A stretch of DNA of 64,000 bases from Eledone cirrhosa (lineage: Eukaryota): the NCBI GenBank assembly GCA_964016885.1, contig OZ024741.1, positions 180,854,001-180,918,000 of the forward strand, read 5' to 3'. The position numbers were made by a program, and so were the translations under genes. The notes under the pieces were generated by a model that saw only the letters and a list, made by a program, of their open reading frames with translations, did no database searches and had not been told where the DNA came from. Shown in pieces: positions 51,763 to 64,000 of the stretch. How positions within the stretch are numbered: position 1 is the stretch's first letter; each line of letters begins with the position of its first letter.

Positions 51763-52008
51763 ACATGTTACAGATGTCAACACACATCAGAGATGTCTAC
51801 ACATGTCACAGAGGTCAATACACATCACATAGTTCAGCACATATCACAAAAGTCAACACGTTACAAATGTCAACACATGTCACAGAGTTCAGCACATGTC
51901 ACAGAGTTCAACACGTCACAGAGGTCAATATATGTCACAGAGTTCAACACATGTCACAGAGGTCAATATATGTCACAGAGTTCAGCACATGTCACAGAGG
52001 TCAACACA
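51763..52008. repeat. Minisatellite of 18-20-bp units
   Basis: CACATGTCACAGAG(G/T)TCAA repeated about 12 times. Confidence 0.9.
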
Positions 52009-52114
52009 ATATTTGTTGGGTTTCAATTGATATCAAAATTACCTTGACAAGAGAATCAAGAAATCAGTTGTTAATATGAAGGAAATATCTTTGGAAATTA
52101 CAACATTAAACAGC

Positions 52115-52165
52115 GTCATCACCACTATAACCATCACCAGCATCCTCATCATCGCCATCATCCTC

Positions 52166-52196
<31 letters not shown>

Positions 52197-52198
52197 TC

Positions 52199-52229
<31 letters not shown>

Positions 52230-52450
52230 CAACCATCCTCCCCATCATCATCATCCCCATCATTATTATCGGCACCAACATCATCGTAATTCTTCGGCAC
52301 CATCATTGTCATCGTCACCACCACCAATGTCATCATAATTCTCAACACCACCACCCCAACCAACACCACCACCACCACCACCACCACTACAACTATCATC
52401 CACATCATCATCAGTATCATCTTCATTGCTCTCATAACATCATCACAATC
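52115..52450. repeat. (CAT)n/(CAC)n low-complexity trinucleotide tract
   Basis: Visible; produces the poly-I/H/D/M ORFs. Confidence 0.9.
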
Positions 52451-52959
52451 ATTGCTGCAGTCTCCAGCAACTTCATCTTAATTAAACATTAAATAAATGA
52501 TATTTTCATATTACATAGAAACAATACTTCTGGACGAATATTTACTTATATTTTATTTCATCAATAGTTTATGCTCTTTGTGGAAATATTAGAGAGAGGG
52601 GGAGGAGGACCATTGGCTAGTTTGAAATGTTTCCCAGGGGCCATTAAAATTATGGACAAGAGCAAGACTGTTTGATTTTGCTCAAAATCTGCTTGTTGCC
52701 AGATAATAAGGTCTGACCTCTCTTTCCTCTTTTCAACAAAAAATCTATACATTTGTTTGTTTGCTTTTTCAAAATATTTAAAACTTTTTTATTGAAACAA
52801 TGTGTGTATCTTTAAGTCTTGATGGAGTCATAGGAGGGCCATTGTAACATACAAAGTGTCTTAGGCATATTTTAAAAACCTAGCACAGTCCATTCCCTAT
52901 CCAGGTCTGAACATTGTCGATTTCTTCCAGTAAAGGAGAAACAGAGCTAAAAAGCTATA

Positions 52960-53313
52960 GAGGAAGAATCAACCCAAGTACTGGACTGGTACTTTTCTTT
53001 TATGAACCTTGGAAGGATGAAAGGTAAAGTTGACCTCAACAGAACTTGAACTCAGATACTACAAATAACTGGAGTAATGCATTCAATTCAACATTCTAAC
53101 AACTCTGCCAATTCACCACCTCTATTAAAATAATTGTTTCTACTTTTGGCACAAGGCCAGCAATTAATCCAGTGTGTTACTGGTACTTTATTTTAACGAC
53201 CCCGAAAGGCAAAATTAACCTCAGCAGGATTTGAACTCAGATCATAAAGGGAGGTAACTCTATGCTTCAAAGCATGGTGTCCAACCCTCTACCGATACTG
53301 CCAATCCACCGCC
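52960..53313 (-). mobile_element. Two Deu/Nin-domain SINEs; the younger (53129-53313) has a target-site duplication
   Basis: Direct repeat CCTCTATTAAAATAAT at 53119-53134 and 53313-53328. Confidence 0.9.
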
Positions 53314-53737
53314 CTCTATTAAAATAATACTATTTGGAATATTGTCTTATTCTCATTAATAAAGTATAAAAGAGGGAAAGAAAGAAAAACTCTATGCTTT
53401 ATTTTGAGAACTAAGCAAAATTCATTGGTTGTGAAATCTTTACTTTTTCACAGAATCATTTCCAGTTTATAAAATGTCTATTAAGAAAAAAGAAGACACA
53501 AGAAACAAAATAAAAGGATGAAAAAGAACAATGAAAAGAGGTGAAACCACTTCTTCTCTCCAATAGAATGAGTCAAATACAACCAACTGATCAACTAAAA
53601 CAAGATTCAGAAACAACAGTTTCTACAGTACAGTTGAGTACAAAGATTTGTTTTCATAATTGTGTTTAATGACACGACCGCAAAATATGTATACACACAC
53701 ACATGCACGCACGCACACACACACATATATATATATT

Positions 53738-53830
<93 letters not shown>

Positions 53831-54462
53831 GTATGTATGTATATAATGTGACTGAGAAAAAGAAAAATCTCTTTATTGATAGGAGACTGGGTGATAACTT
53901 TAAACCAGACAAATATATAACTCAAACTCCAAGACCTACAAATACATAGAACATACAGGACTGGACTTCAAGTACTGCACACATTATGTAGAGTACTTTG
54001 AATATAATAGAAGCAATATAACTGTAACAACATTGCACTGTAATGTAGTGATAGCACACGATAAATATAAGACTGCTGAATAATTATTATATTTTTTCTA
54101 CCTTAGGCACAAAACCAGCAAATTTAGGGTGAGGGGGAAAGTCAATTAAATTGACCCCAGTACTGGCTGGTACTTTAGTTCATTGATTCCAAAAGGGTGA
54201 AAGGCAAAGTTGACCTCGGCAGGATTAAAATACAATGAGATAACAATGAGAATCATAGAAATGAACTATTTGATACAAGAAAATATAAGATATACAATGT
54301 GGTTACAATAAAAGATTTGACACTTTGTAACAACCAAATTCTTTCTGTTTATTCTACATACTTTTGATGGTTCTGAAAAAAGTTTAGAAAGCAATTCAGA
54401 TAATGAAAATAGAAAAGAAAAATGTTCATTCAAATACTATTGTTGTTATTTAAATAGGTACT

Positions 54463-54516
<54 letters not shown>

Positions 54517-54973
54517 GTACTCCATAAAAATGATGATGATGTGATTATGGTATTAATAATTTGATATTTATATATTATGTATTATTACTGTAATAATGTA
54601 TTTATAGAAAATGTTGGTTTTTAGGATCTGTAAAAAGATTATCAATATAATTATTATAATTTCCATTATTCCCATTTGATGATGATGATGATGATAGGAT
54701 GAGTGCCATATTTGTCGTCGCTGTCCTCATCATTATCATCCTTATCTTCCCCATCCTCCTCCTCATCATCACCACCATCCCTGTATTATATTGTGGTTGT
54801 TGTTTTTTATACTTGCTGATTTTGAAGATGATAACAGTGAGTAGTGCTGATTATGGAGATGGTGGAGAGGATATTCTTGCATTTAACAAATGCAATCTAT
54901 TACAGGTTATGCAAGCATTGTCTTTCTAAACATTATTTTTTATGTTTATTTGCAAATTATATACTTACATATG

Positions 54974-55017
<44 letters not shown>

Positions 55018-55032
55018 CACAAACACACACAA

Positions 55033-55064
<32 letters not shown>

Positions 55065-55714
55065 TTATATATGGAAACATGATGGGTCCTCCATCGGTTG
55101 TAACAGTAAGCATTCAGTTGTTCAATCAACAGACTATCCAACTCATTAAATTAACCACATATGTGGCTGAATATTCTACAGACATATTCCTTAATCTAAA
55201 TCCTGAGCTAAATTTGCATGCAGAATATGTGACAAGACTGGACGTGTCTTTACCTCTCCCTTCCTCTTCTCTTTCTCTCTGTTCTTTTCTCTATTTACTG
55301 TTGTGAATTTCATTATCAATCCATTAATTTTAATTTTGCTGTCACTTATACTAAATAGCATAGATGATTTTAACTATTTATTTGATATTGTTGCCAAATG
55401 AGTAAGAAGATAAAGTATCAGATTAAACACCTATCAGCTCATGTTTTCTTAAAATCTAGATCACCAAACTTCTTATAAGGGTGTTCCAAACAGCTCTACA
55501 ATATTTTGGTCACTTGGAGATTGTGCAACTCTTTGTCACTGACCAAAGATTATAAACCCTCAACAGTTGAGTCTACTTAGCTCTAAGTAAGTACCATAGG
55601 CGTGTACACTGACATTGCTTACAACAATGTTGTAAAATAGTTTAGTGAGCCATCCGGTTATATGTGTGGTCTACATCAATGTGTATTTTTTCCTGTCATA
55701 TTTCATCCCAGAAA

Positions 55715-55912
55715 TAGCCTCTATGTATCATTCAACCTACTAGAAATAGCAGCTACGTCTCTTTCAAATTACATCCTACTAACTTAAAGAGAGGAAAAAT
55801 ACATTTGATAATGCTGTTGTAGATATACTGAGTTTGAAAAGTCATATCTGAGATGTCTTTGACTATAGACTTACTTAATCAGTAATGACCTAGGGCTAAA
55901 TAAATAACAACA
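55715..55912 (+). mobile_element. Unclassified short interspersed repeat (relatives at about 7220-7360, 7900-8090, 17170-17350 and 34460-34680)
   Basis: Shared CTAGAAATAGCAGC...TCAAAT.ACA...TTTGATCATAG...GACCTGGGGCTAAACAAC segments. Confidence 0.55.
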
Positions 55913-57894
55913 TTCAATCAAGTATTGAAGAGAAGGATGTTCTCCTCCATCAATTGCAAGAGAAATTAAAGAGAATTATATAGTTGTTTCTCATGAAAGA
56001 TTATGAAATTCTATAAATTTTATTTCTTGGTGAAGACATGTACCTAGTCCAGTAGTCTCCAGCCTGAGTTCATAGAAACTCCAAGGCTTCAATAAAATAT
56101 TGTTGAGGTTGGTGAAAAAAGGAGGTTCCTAAAGGGTTTGTCAGCAAGGTTTGGCAGTTCTTCATGACATTTTTCATGATATTCTAAACTTTCTATTTTA
56201 ATATGCTCTTCGTTTATAAAACCATATATGTTTTTTAAAAATATATAAAAGGAAATTAAAACAATGTCTAGATATATATTCTTTGTCATCAAGTTTAAGT
56301 GTTCTTTATAAATATTTCAGTAATATTTGGAGCTTGTATCATGAAAAAGGTTAGGGACAGCACACACAGTCACGCACTTTCACACACAAACACATGCGTA
56401 TGTATGTATGTATGTATGTATGTATGTATGTATGTATGTATGTATGTATGTATGTATGTATGTATGTATGTATGTATGTATGTATGTATGTATGTATGTA
56501 TGTATGTATGTATGTATGCATGCATGCCCATGTGTGTGTATGTAGATGCAAAACTAGCTGAGTGGCTAAAATGTTTGCTTCACAATCAGTAGACACCAGG
56601 TTTGACTCCGATACGTGGAATCTTGGGCAAAGTTATATATTTAATAGACATGGTGACATACGCTTGAAATACATAGTTTATATACATATATGAATAGATT
56701 TACACTACTTTAGATTCATGTACATATATATATACATACGTACATACATACATATATATATATACATACACAGACACACATATATATATATAAATATATA
56801 TATGGGTATATACATGTATGAGGTAATGTTCAAGCATGTATACAATGGGAAAGTGTTTTAATACGACTTCTATGATATTCTTTTCCTATTTTCTCCAACA
56901 AGAACAATTGTGTGATAACATATGAAAATCCACACAAGAATAAACATTGAAGAAATAATTAAATAAATTGATTACTAAATAAAGAAATATATTTTATAAT
57001 TAAGAATTTATCGCATAATTTCAGAATTTTCGGAGAAAACAAAAATTAATTTTCGGCTTTATCTCCCTTCTCTTATAGTAAATTAGAGTTATCTCCCTTA
57101 GCCTGACTTCATGGTGTGAATGTTATTCATTTTACCTTAAAGCAAAACAAATAATTTACGGATAATTTAGAAACAAACCACAGATAAAGCATCTTGAGAC
57201 ATTTCAGTGATTTTATTTGCCATTTTCAATATATACATAATAACTAATACACATATAAGTAGCCCCACTTGTTCAGAGGCAACTAAATACTGTAGCTATG
57301 AATATTACGATATATTTGCACCAGAAATTCCGCCACGATAAAGAGACAACTGTTGACAGAATTAAATTTACATAGACACACTGATATTGGGTTCTGCTCT
57401 GATCTAGCGACCAACAAAGTAGTAACAGAAAAAGAATAATTCAATATCTATAGCGGAGTAAATATATGAGTTTGTTTATTCATTTTCTGTTTCAGCAAAT
57501 AGAGCGTTTACTAAGACTGTGAAGGGGCTTAGCGAACTCTTGATTTTGCTGAAATATCGTAGAGATATTGTGGGAAAACAAATAAATATGATTTTTATAT
57601 ATACGCATGCATGTATGTGCGTATACCGACATACGCACGTATATTTATTGGGCTTTCATATCCAAAGAAATATGTGAGAGAAAATATATACAGGAATCTG
57701 TAAGAAATAAATCCTCCACATGAGTAAAGTAGTTAAGCTCAGCAATTGAAACTTTGTCACATGCAATCGGAGTCAGTAACTCTCTCTCTCTCTCTTTGAG
57801 GTGATATGTGTCACTTCACACAATTTAAAGTATTTAACAAGTATTTAATTGGATCGCATATTATTGAGTCACTAGTCGTTTAGCTCTGCGCCCA

Positions 57895-57960
<66 letters not shown>

Positions 57961-57987
57961 CATATATAATACACACACACACACACG

Positions 57988-58063
<76 letters not shown>

Positions 58064-58189
58064 GATACATACATACATACATACATACATACATACATAC
58101 ATGATGATGATGATGATGATGATACAGATGAATATATATATATACTCACTGTTTGGTTTGATATAGAATGAATACACGAGGGATGTAGT

Positions 58190-58645
58190 TTATATATTCA
58201 GAAACTTCCAATGAGTCACCAGCTGTTTTCAATGCATATATAGTTACATTTGGCAAAAAAGCTGTGAAAATCACCAGAACGTTGGATGTCTTTTACAAGC
58301 GGTGCTTCAAGAAAATCCAAAAAATTTAGCATCATGATTATATCAGGAACAAAGGAGTATTAAAAAGAGCTTTGTAAGGAAGACTTCGAGACATGGTGAA
58401 TAGAATGAAGCATGTAAGTAGTTGGTAACATGCAGTGACAGCCAGACAATTGGTATGCAAAAATAGCATTGAGAGCGACACTACTGAAGGAAGGAGGAGG
58501 TCAGGCAGACAATGGGCAACAAGGTATTGAACCTTCCAGGAGGATCCGAAGGCTGTCGACAGAAACTGGGAAAACATAGAAAGAACATGCAACAGATTGA
58601 GAACACTTGAGCAGAACTGATGCCTGATGTGCAAACATGAACGAA
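58190..58645 (+). mobile_element. Very degenerate RTE-like LINE 3' fragment
   Basis: LDVFYKRCFKKI...HDYIRNKGVLKR...EGRRRSGR resembles the C-terminus of RTE ORF2. Confidence 0.5.
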
Positions 58646-59132
58646 ACTGACTGATTAACTATATATAATCACTAAACTTAGATGTTATCTCTCAACAGAA
58701 CAAGCCTATTGTTCTCATCACTAGATAGCAATTAACTATAATTGTTAAAGGTATAAATGATTGACATGACCATTGTTTTCACTTTTAACAATAAGATCAT
58801 CACAAAGCCACTGCTATCATCTCCCTATAAAATCACTACCCAACAAGAACAATTTAAAGCCATCACCTGAATTTTAACTGCTACACATAAGTACACCACC
58901 ATCAACACTACCATTTGATAATGATTTATAACATTGGCACAAAGCCAAAAATATTGGCTCAGGAAATAATCAATTAAATCAACCCTAGTAGTTGATTGGT
59001 ACTTTAGTTTGTCTCTCCCCACTCCATGCATCTCTCTTCCTTCTCCTTTCTCTATATATACACATATATACATATATATATATATATATAATGTGTGTAT
59101 ATATGTATATATATATGTGTGTATACATGTAT

Positions 59133-59199
<67 letters not shown>

Positions 59200-59389
59200 T
59201 AGATAGATAGATAGATAGAGACTAATAAGATCATTATTAAACTTAAACTTAGTGCTCTATACCCAAAGAAAGTAGAGTATAGATATTTTTATGAGACATA
59301 TAAACCTTACAGTCAAGCTTAAACCATTTCAACATATATTGGTTGCTTATAACAAACAAGAGAAAAAGTAATTGGAACATAGTTTAGAG

Positions 59390-59726
59390 CTGGGGTTCTC
59401 AACCTTTTTTTCGCTGCGGACCACCAAAATAAGTAATTTTTTCCTGTGGACCACCTAAACTTTAAAATCATTTGTAAAAGAACTGCTACTTATAAGCATC
59501 AGTAGATGTTTTTTCCAATGAATTAGAAAATGCTATTATCATGTCGCAGTGCCTAAAAATCTACGGAAATAAACAGCTGAAGTCGTACTTAAGCGAAGAA
59601 TAAGAACAGCGCTTTAAGTCAAGTGCATGGATCAAAAAAGAATTTGTTATTGAAAATTTTCTGTGGACCACCTGAATTTTCCTGTGGACCACTAGTGGTC
59701 CACATGGACCAGGTTGAGAACCCCTG
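59390..59726. mobile_element. hAT (Charlie-like) MITE with 8-bp target-site duplication
   Basis: Terminal inverted repeats C(T)GGGGTTCTCAACCT / AGGTTGAGAACCCCTG; perfect duplication GTTTAGAG at 59382-59389 and 59727-59734; subterminal GTGGACCAC repeats. Confidence 0.93.
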
Positions 59727-59841
59727 GTTTAGAGTATAATTATGTATATGTTCTGCCATGTCTGGCTGTCTGATTGAGCGGGCATTCAAAAAGCTTAAAA
59801 GTAATGGCAGAATGCATCAGCCGAATAACACACATACACAC

Positions 59842-59886
<45 letters not shown>

Positions 59887-61199
59887 TCCGTAAATATATA
59901 TGAATGCATATGTTGGTATAAATTTCTGATTGTTCCTTTGCATGTATGGGTGTATATATATTTGTATTTATTTATTTATTTATTTATTTATTTATTCACT
60001 TATTCAAGTTTAAACCCTAAATTAAGGATCTGCAACAAAAATATTGCAAGACTATCCTCAAGAAAAGAAAAAATAGAAATATAAAAAAAATAACTATAAA
60101 GAAACAGTTTACAATAGTATGTTAATTTGAGTCTGTTGTTTCTGATTTATTGAAATGGCACACATAAACATACACATATCTACATACAGTCACTCTTACA
60201 TATTCACATGCATACATGTACATTTTTCTCTTTCACACTTTCCTACACACATACACACCTACTCTCTCATGCGTTCCCATACACACACCTACAGACAGAT
60301 CCATGCACATATATTAGCCTACACTCACTCTTGCTGATAGACACACATACTGGCAGATAGATAGATAGATACACACATATGCATCAACATACACTATATA
60401 TTCACTCTTACACGAACACTGGCACACACACACACACATACAAACAAGTGTATTTGCTTGAACACACAGGCACATACAAACACCCACAAACAGAGAGACA
60501 CTAAATAAATTTAGTCTTGCACAAACAGATAGATTGTGAGACACTGACAGATTCTCACATTCATGTAGAAACACACTATCACACTGTCAGACACACTGAC
60601 AGATACACACATGGATGTAAAAACACACATGTCTAATTTGAAATCAGTTATCATTATTATTGTCATCATTATTCTCATCATCGTTATTATAAATCATCAT
60701 TATCGTTATTGTTACAATGCAAGAAATGAATCTCCTTCTTCTTCTTTGTCTTTTTTTCTCCTTTTTCTTCTTTCTTTTTTCTTTCTTTCCTTATTTCCTT
60801 CTTTACTTCTTCTTCTTCATCTTTCTCCTCCTTCTCCTGTTAGAAATTGTAGTAGTGCCCGCAACAGCAGCAGTAGTGGTAGTAGTAGTAACAGTAGCAG
60901 TAAAATAGGAGCCACAGTAGTAATAGTAGTAGTCATAGTAATAATAATAGTTATAATAACAGCAGTAGTATTCAGTAGTCAAAAGTCTATTTTCTGATGC
61001 AGTAGCAATGTTATTACTATAGTTTTTTTACCTTTCTATATTTTATATCATTCAATTTGTTTTTCAATTCTATTGTAGTTTTTTTTCCTTTCTATATTTT
61101 CAATATATTTTTTTCAAGTAAAAGCAAAATTCATTTGCAAATCACTAATTAATGAAAGATTCTTATTCTTAATGGTAATATAAATGATGCTTTGCTGAG

Positions 61200-61240
<41 letters not shown>

Positions 61241-62496
61241 GCCTGTCTGTATGTATGTAACATATGTATGTATGTATATATATATGTATGTATGTATGTC
61301 AGTCAGTCTGTCTGTCTGTCTGTATGCATGTCTGTATGTCTGTCTGTATATATGTATGTATCTTTTACCTAGTTTAACAACCCCTCGCTTGTCTTGGGTG
61401 CTCTCTCTCTCTTGTAAGCATTTGTGCCAGGTTTCCATTTAAGGGATAAAAGGACAGATGAACCCTGCATAATGTCAGCAACTATAGCAATAGCATGGGG
61501 ATTTAGAAACTCTTCATTAATGTTCAGCATGCTCTTTGCTGTTGTTTAACCATGCCTCAAGAGAAAGGTCACTCTTATATAGAATCAGTTGAGCCAGAGA
61601 AAGATTTTGGCCCTTTTGAAGATCCTTTGGATCTCTCATGTATGGACACAGATATCTTGCTTTGCCATGTCTCTGGATCACACCAATAATGTGTAAAGAA
61701 TTTGTGCAACCCTTATTGGATCTAAAATTTCTCATTTCAGGAGAGCCTGTTCACCCCAAAACTTCTCATTTCAGGAGAGCCTGTTCACCCCAAACCAATG
61801 AGGTTCTAGAAAAGCAAGCTAAACATTTCCTGTCTGGTCAGTCTGGTGCAATTGGTAGATATTCACTTTGCTTTGGCAAAACAAAGGGAAAGTACAAAAA
61901 GCAAACTTCTTAACCATGTCCCCCATGCCTGTTATCACACATACATGCATTTTAAAGGTTTCACACATACAGACACATACACAAACAAACACATACACAC
62001 ACACTCATACACACACACAGTCACACACATACATACACACACACTCACACATTCATATATATATATAAGAAGAGCATCCTGCTGTAGAAACAATGCCAAA
62101 AATAGAACACTTGAGCAGACTGTGCCAACAAATGACAGCATGATGATGATGATGGTGGTAATGATAGATAGATAGACAGATGAAGGATGACGAACTGTAA
62201 TGACGAGAATCCAGTTGTTTGATCTACTGAATGGATTAACGTGCAAAGTGACTAATATGTGACAATGCTGGACCTTTGAATGACCAGTAGAGTCCATTAG
62301 AGCCTATACACATTCCCAGCACCTGAACACTGTACACAATAATTTCATTATTATTATTACAATTTCATTCACACAGTTGATCCCAGGCTATTGTAAAAGA
62401 CATTTGACCCAAGATGCCACACAGTGGGACTGAACACAGGACCTAATGATTGTGAGGCAAATGTCTTAACTACTTAGACACACACACACATACATA

Positions 62497-62980
62497 GGTG
62501 CAGAGCACTAAAAGTTGATGGAAGCCGTGGAGTGGGGAGACCCAAGAAGACCTGGAGCGAGGTGATAAAAGCAGACCTTGCCCAATTGCACCTCTCAACG
62601 GCGATGACACAGGACCATGACCTGTGGCGCCACGCAGCAATACAGAAGACCAGACTTCCCATGGGAACAAGCTGAAGCATATAAGCAATATGCCCCCATC
62701 CCCTCCCACTGCAAAGTGGTCGTGGAGATGTCATGACAAAAAATCACCCAGATCTTACTGTAAAGTGGACATGTAGGCGCCATGGAAAAAAAGCACCCAG
62801 CACTCACTGTAAATGAGGTTGGTGTTAGGAAGGGCATCCAGCTGTAGAAATCAAGCCAGAATCAGTTCCTGTATGAGCAAAACAAGGTCAGCCGACCAAA
62901 CATTGCCCACAACAGGACAACCCGTCTAACCCATGCTAGCGTGGAAGAATCGACGTAAAACGGTGATGATGACGACGATG
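62497..62980 (+). mobile_element. RTE LINE 3' fragment
   Basis: CRALKVDGSRGVGRPKKTWSEVIKADL...DHDLWRHA, then 3' UTR and (GAT)n tail. Confidence 0.9.
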
Positions 62981-63288
62981 CACATATAGACTTATGCAGA
63001 CACATACACATACACACACATATATATGTAGATACAGGCAGACGTTCCAAGGAACCGAAAGGGAAGAAACAAAGACAAGATTAAAAATATAATAAAATAA
63101 ACAGTGCCAACAACAACAGAAATAAGAACAAACAAAAATATCAGTTACATAATTTATCAAAATAAAATGAAAAGGGTCAAAATAATACAAGAAAAAGAAA
63201 ATTTTTTTTTTTGATTTTATGGAAAATGCTCAATTTATAGACAGTAAATGTTGCAAAATACATGTGTGCATATATGCATTACATGTAG

Positions 63289-63354
<66 letters not shown>

Positions 63355-63438
63355 TATATCCATGTATATATGCAAACTTGTAATATATGTATGTATATAT
63401 ATATATCCATGTATATATGCAAACACATGTAATATATG

Positions 63439-63492
<54 letters not shown>

Positions 63493-63957
63493 AGCAATGT
63501 CCATTCTATTCGACTTTCGTTTCCTAATTATAACTATATATGTGTGTGTGTGAAATATGTATACATACATTCATACATACACATTAAATACACCAGAGCA
63601 GTTGTTGTCCTTTAACCCTAGGTAAGCAGGCTAATGATTAAATGTATTGGTGCTGTGTTGATTCCATGATCATTCCAAATCTTTCTGCCTCTATTAACCA
63701 ATGTGTGAAATATAGTGGCTGTATCCTTCAGGTTGAGTGACGAATTAGTGGCATCCTCACTCACTCCAGAGAGTAGATATTCATATTGAGTAAGTAATAT
63801 AACTTGTTCATATGATTTATATAACTTTTCTCTAGATTGAACATTTTCTCCACTATTTACAGATGAAGAAATAACACAGACATCATCACCTTAATATTAG
63901 AAAAACTCTGTGTAGCAGTTGTTTCTACCCAATCCTTGTACTGCTTATATATATATA

Positions 63958-64000
63958 TAGACGGTAGCCACGGAGTAGGCAGACCCAGAAAAACCTGGGG
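63958..64000 (+). mobile_element. Start of another truncated RTE 3' fragment
   Basis: DGSHGVGRPRKTW immediately after (TA)n at the window end. Confidence 0.8.

Noticed and set aside
61500-61930. Non-repetitive-looking ORFs with a 33-bp tandem duplication (about 61729-61794)
   Set aside because: No recognisable protein motif in any frame; probably a decayed transposon, but unassignable.

Overview
AT-rich, microsatellite- and transposon-dense animal genomic DNA. The repeat landscape (tRNA-headed Deu/Nin-domain SINEs, RTE LINEs with (GAT)n tails, long (TA)n tracts) suggests a mollusc, probably an octopus/cephalopod; this is inference. Only one host gene is supported: the last seven coding exons of an alkaline ceramidase (ACER3-like, + strand, 8504-18639), with the 5' exons apparently upstream of the window. 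Nearly all ORFs in the supplied track are microsatellite translations or antisense shadows of LINEs. The remainder is RTE, Tx1/L1 and CR1-like LINE fragments, a mariner remnant, hAT and piggyBac-type MITEs and many SINEs. The most interesting signal is a set of Penelope-like element (PLE) relics sitting in (TA)n tracts. Two near-perfect fold-back palindromes (178- and 202-bp arms) lie just downstream of the ACER3 stop and each carries a minimal hammerhead ribozyme motif. Three further hammerhead motifs lie near a GIY-YIG endonuclease fragment (38.2-40.8 kb). A recurring hammerhead-like fold that lacks the canonical CUGAnGA core occurs at 15.2, 48.1 and 48.7 kb.
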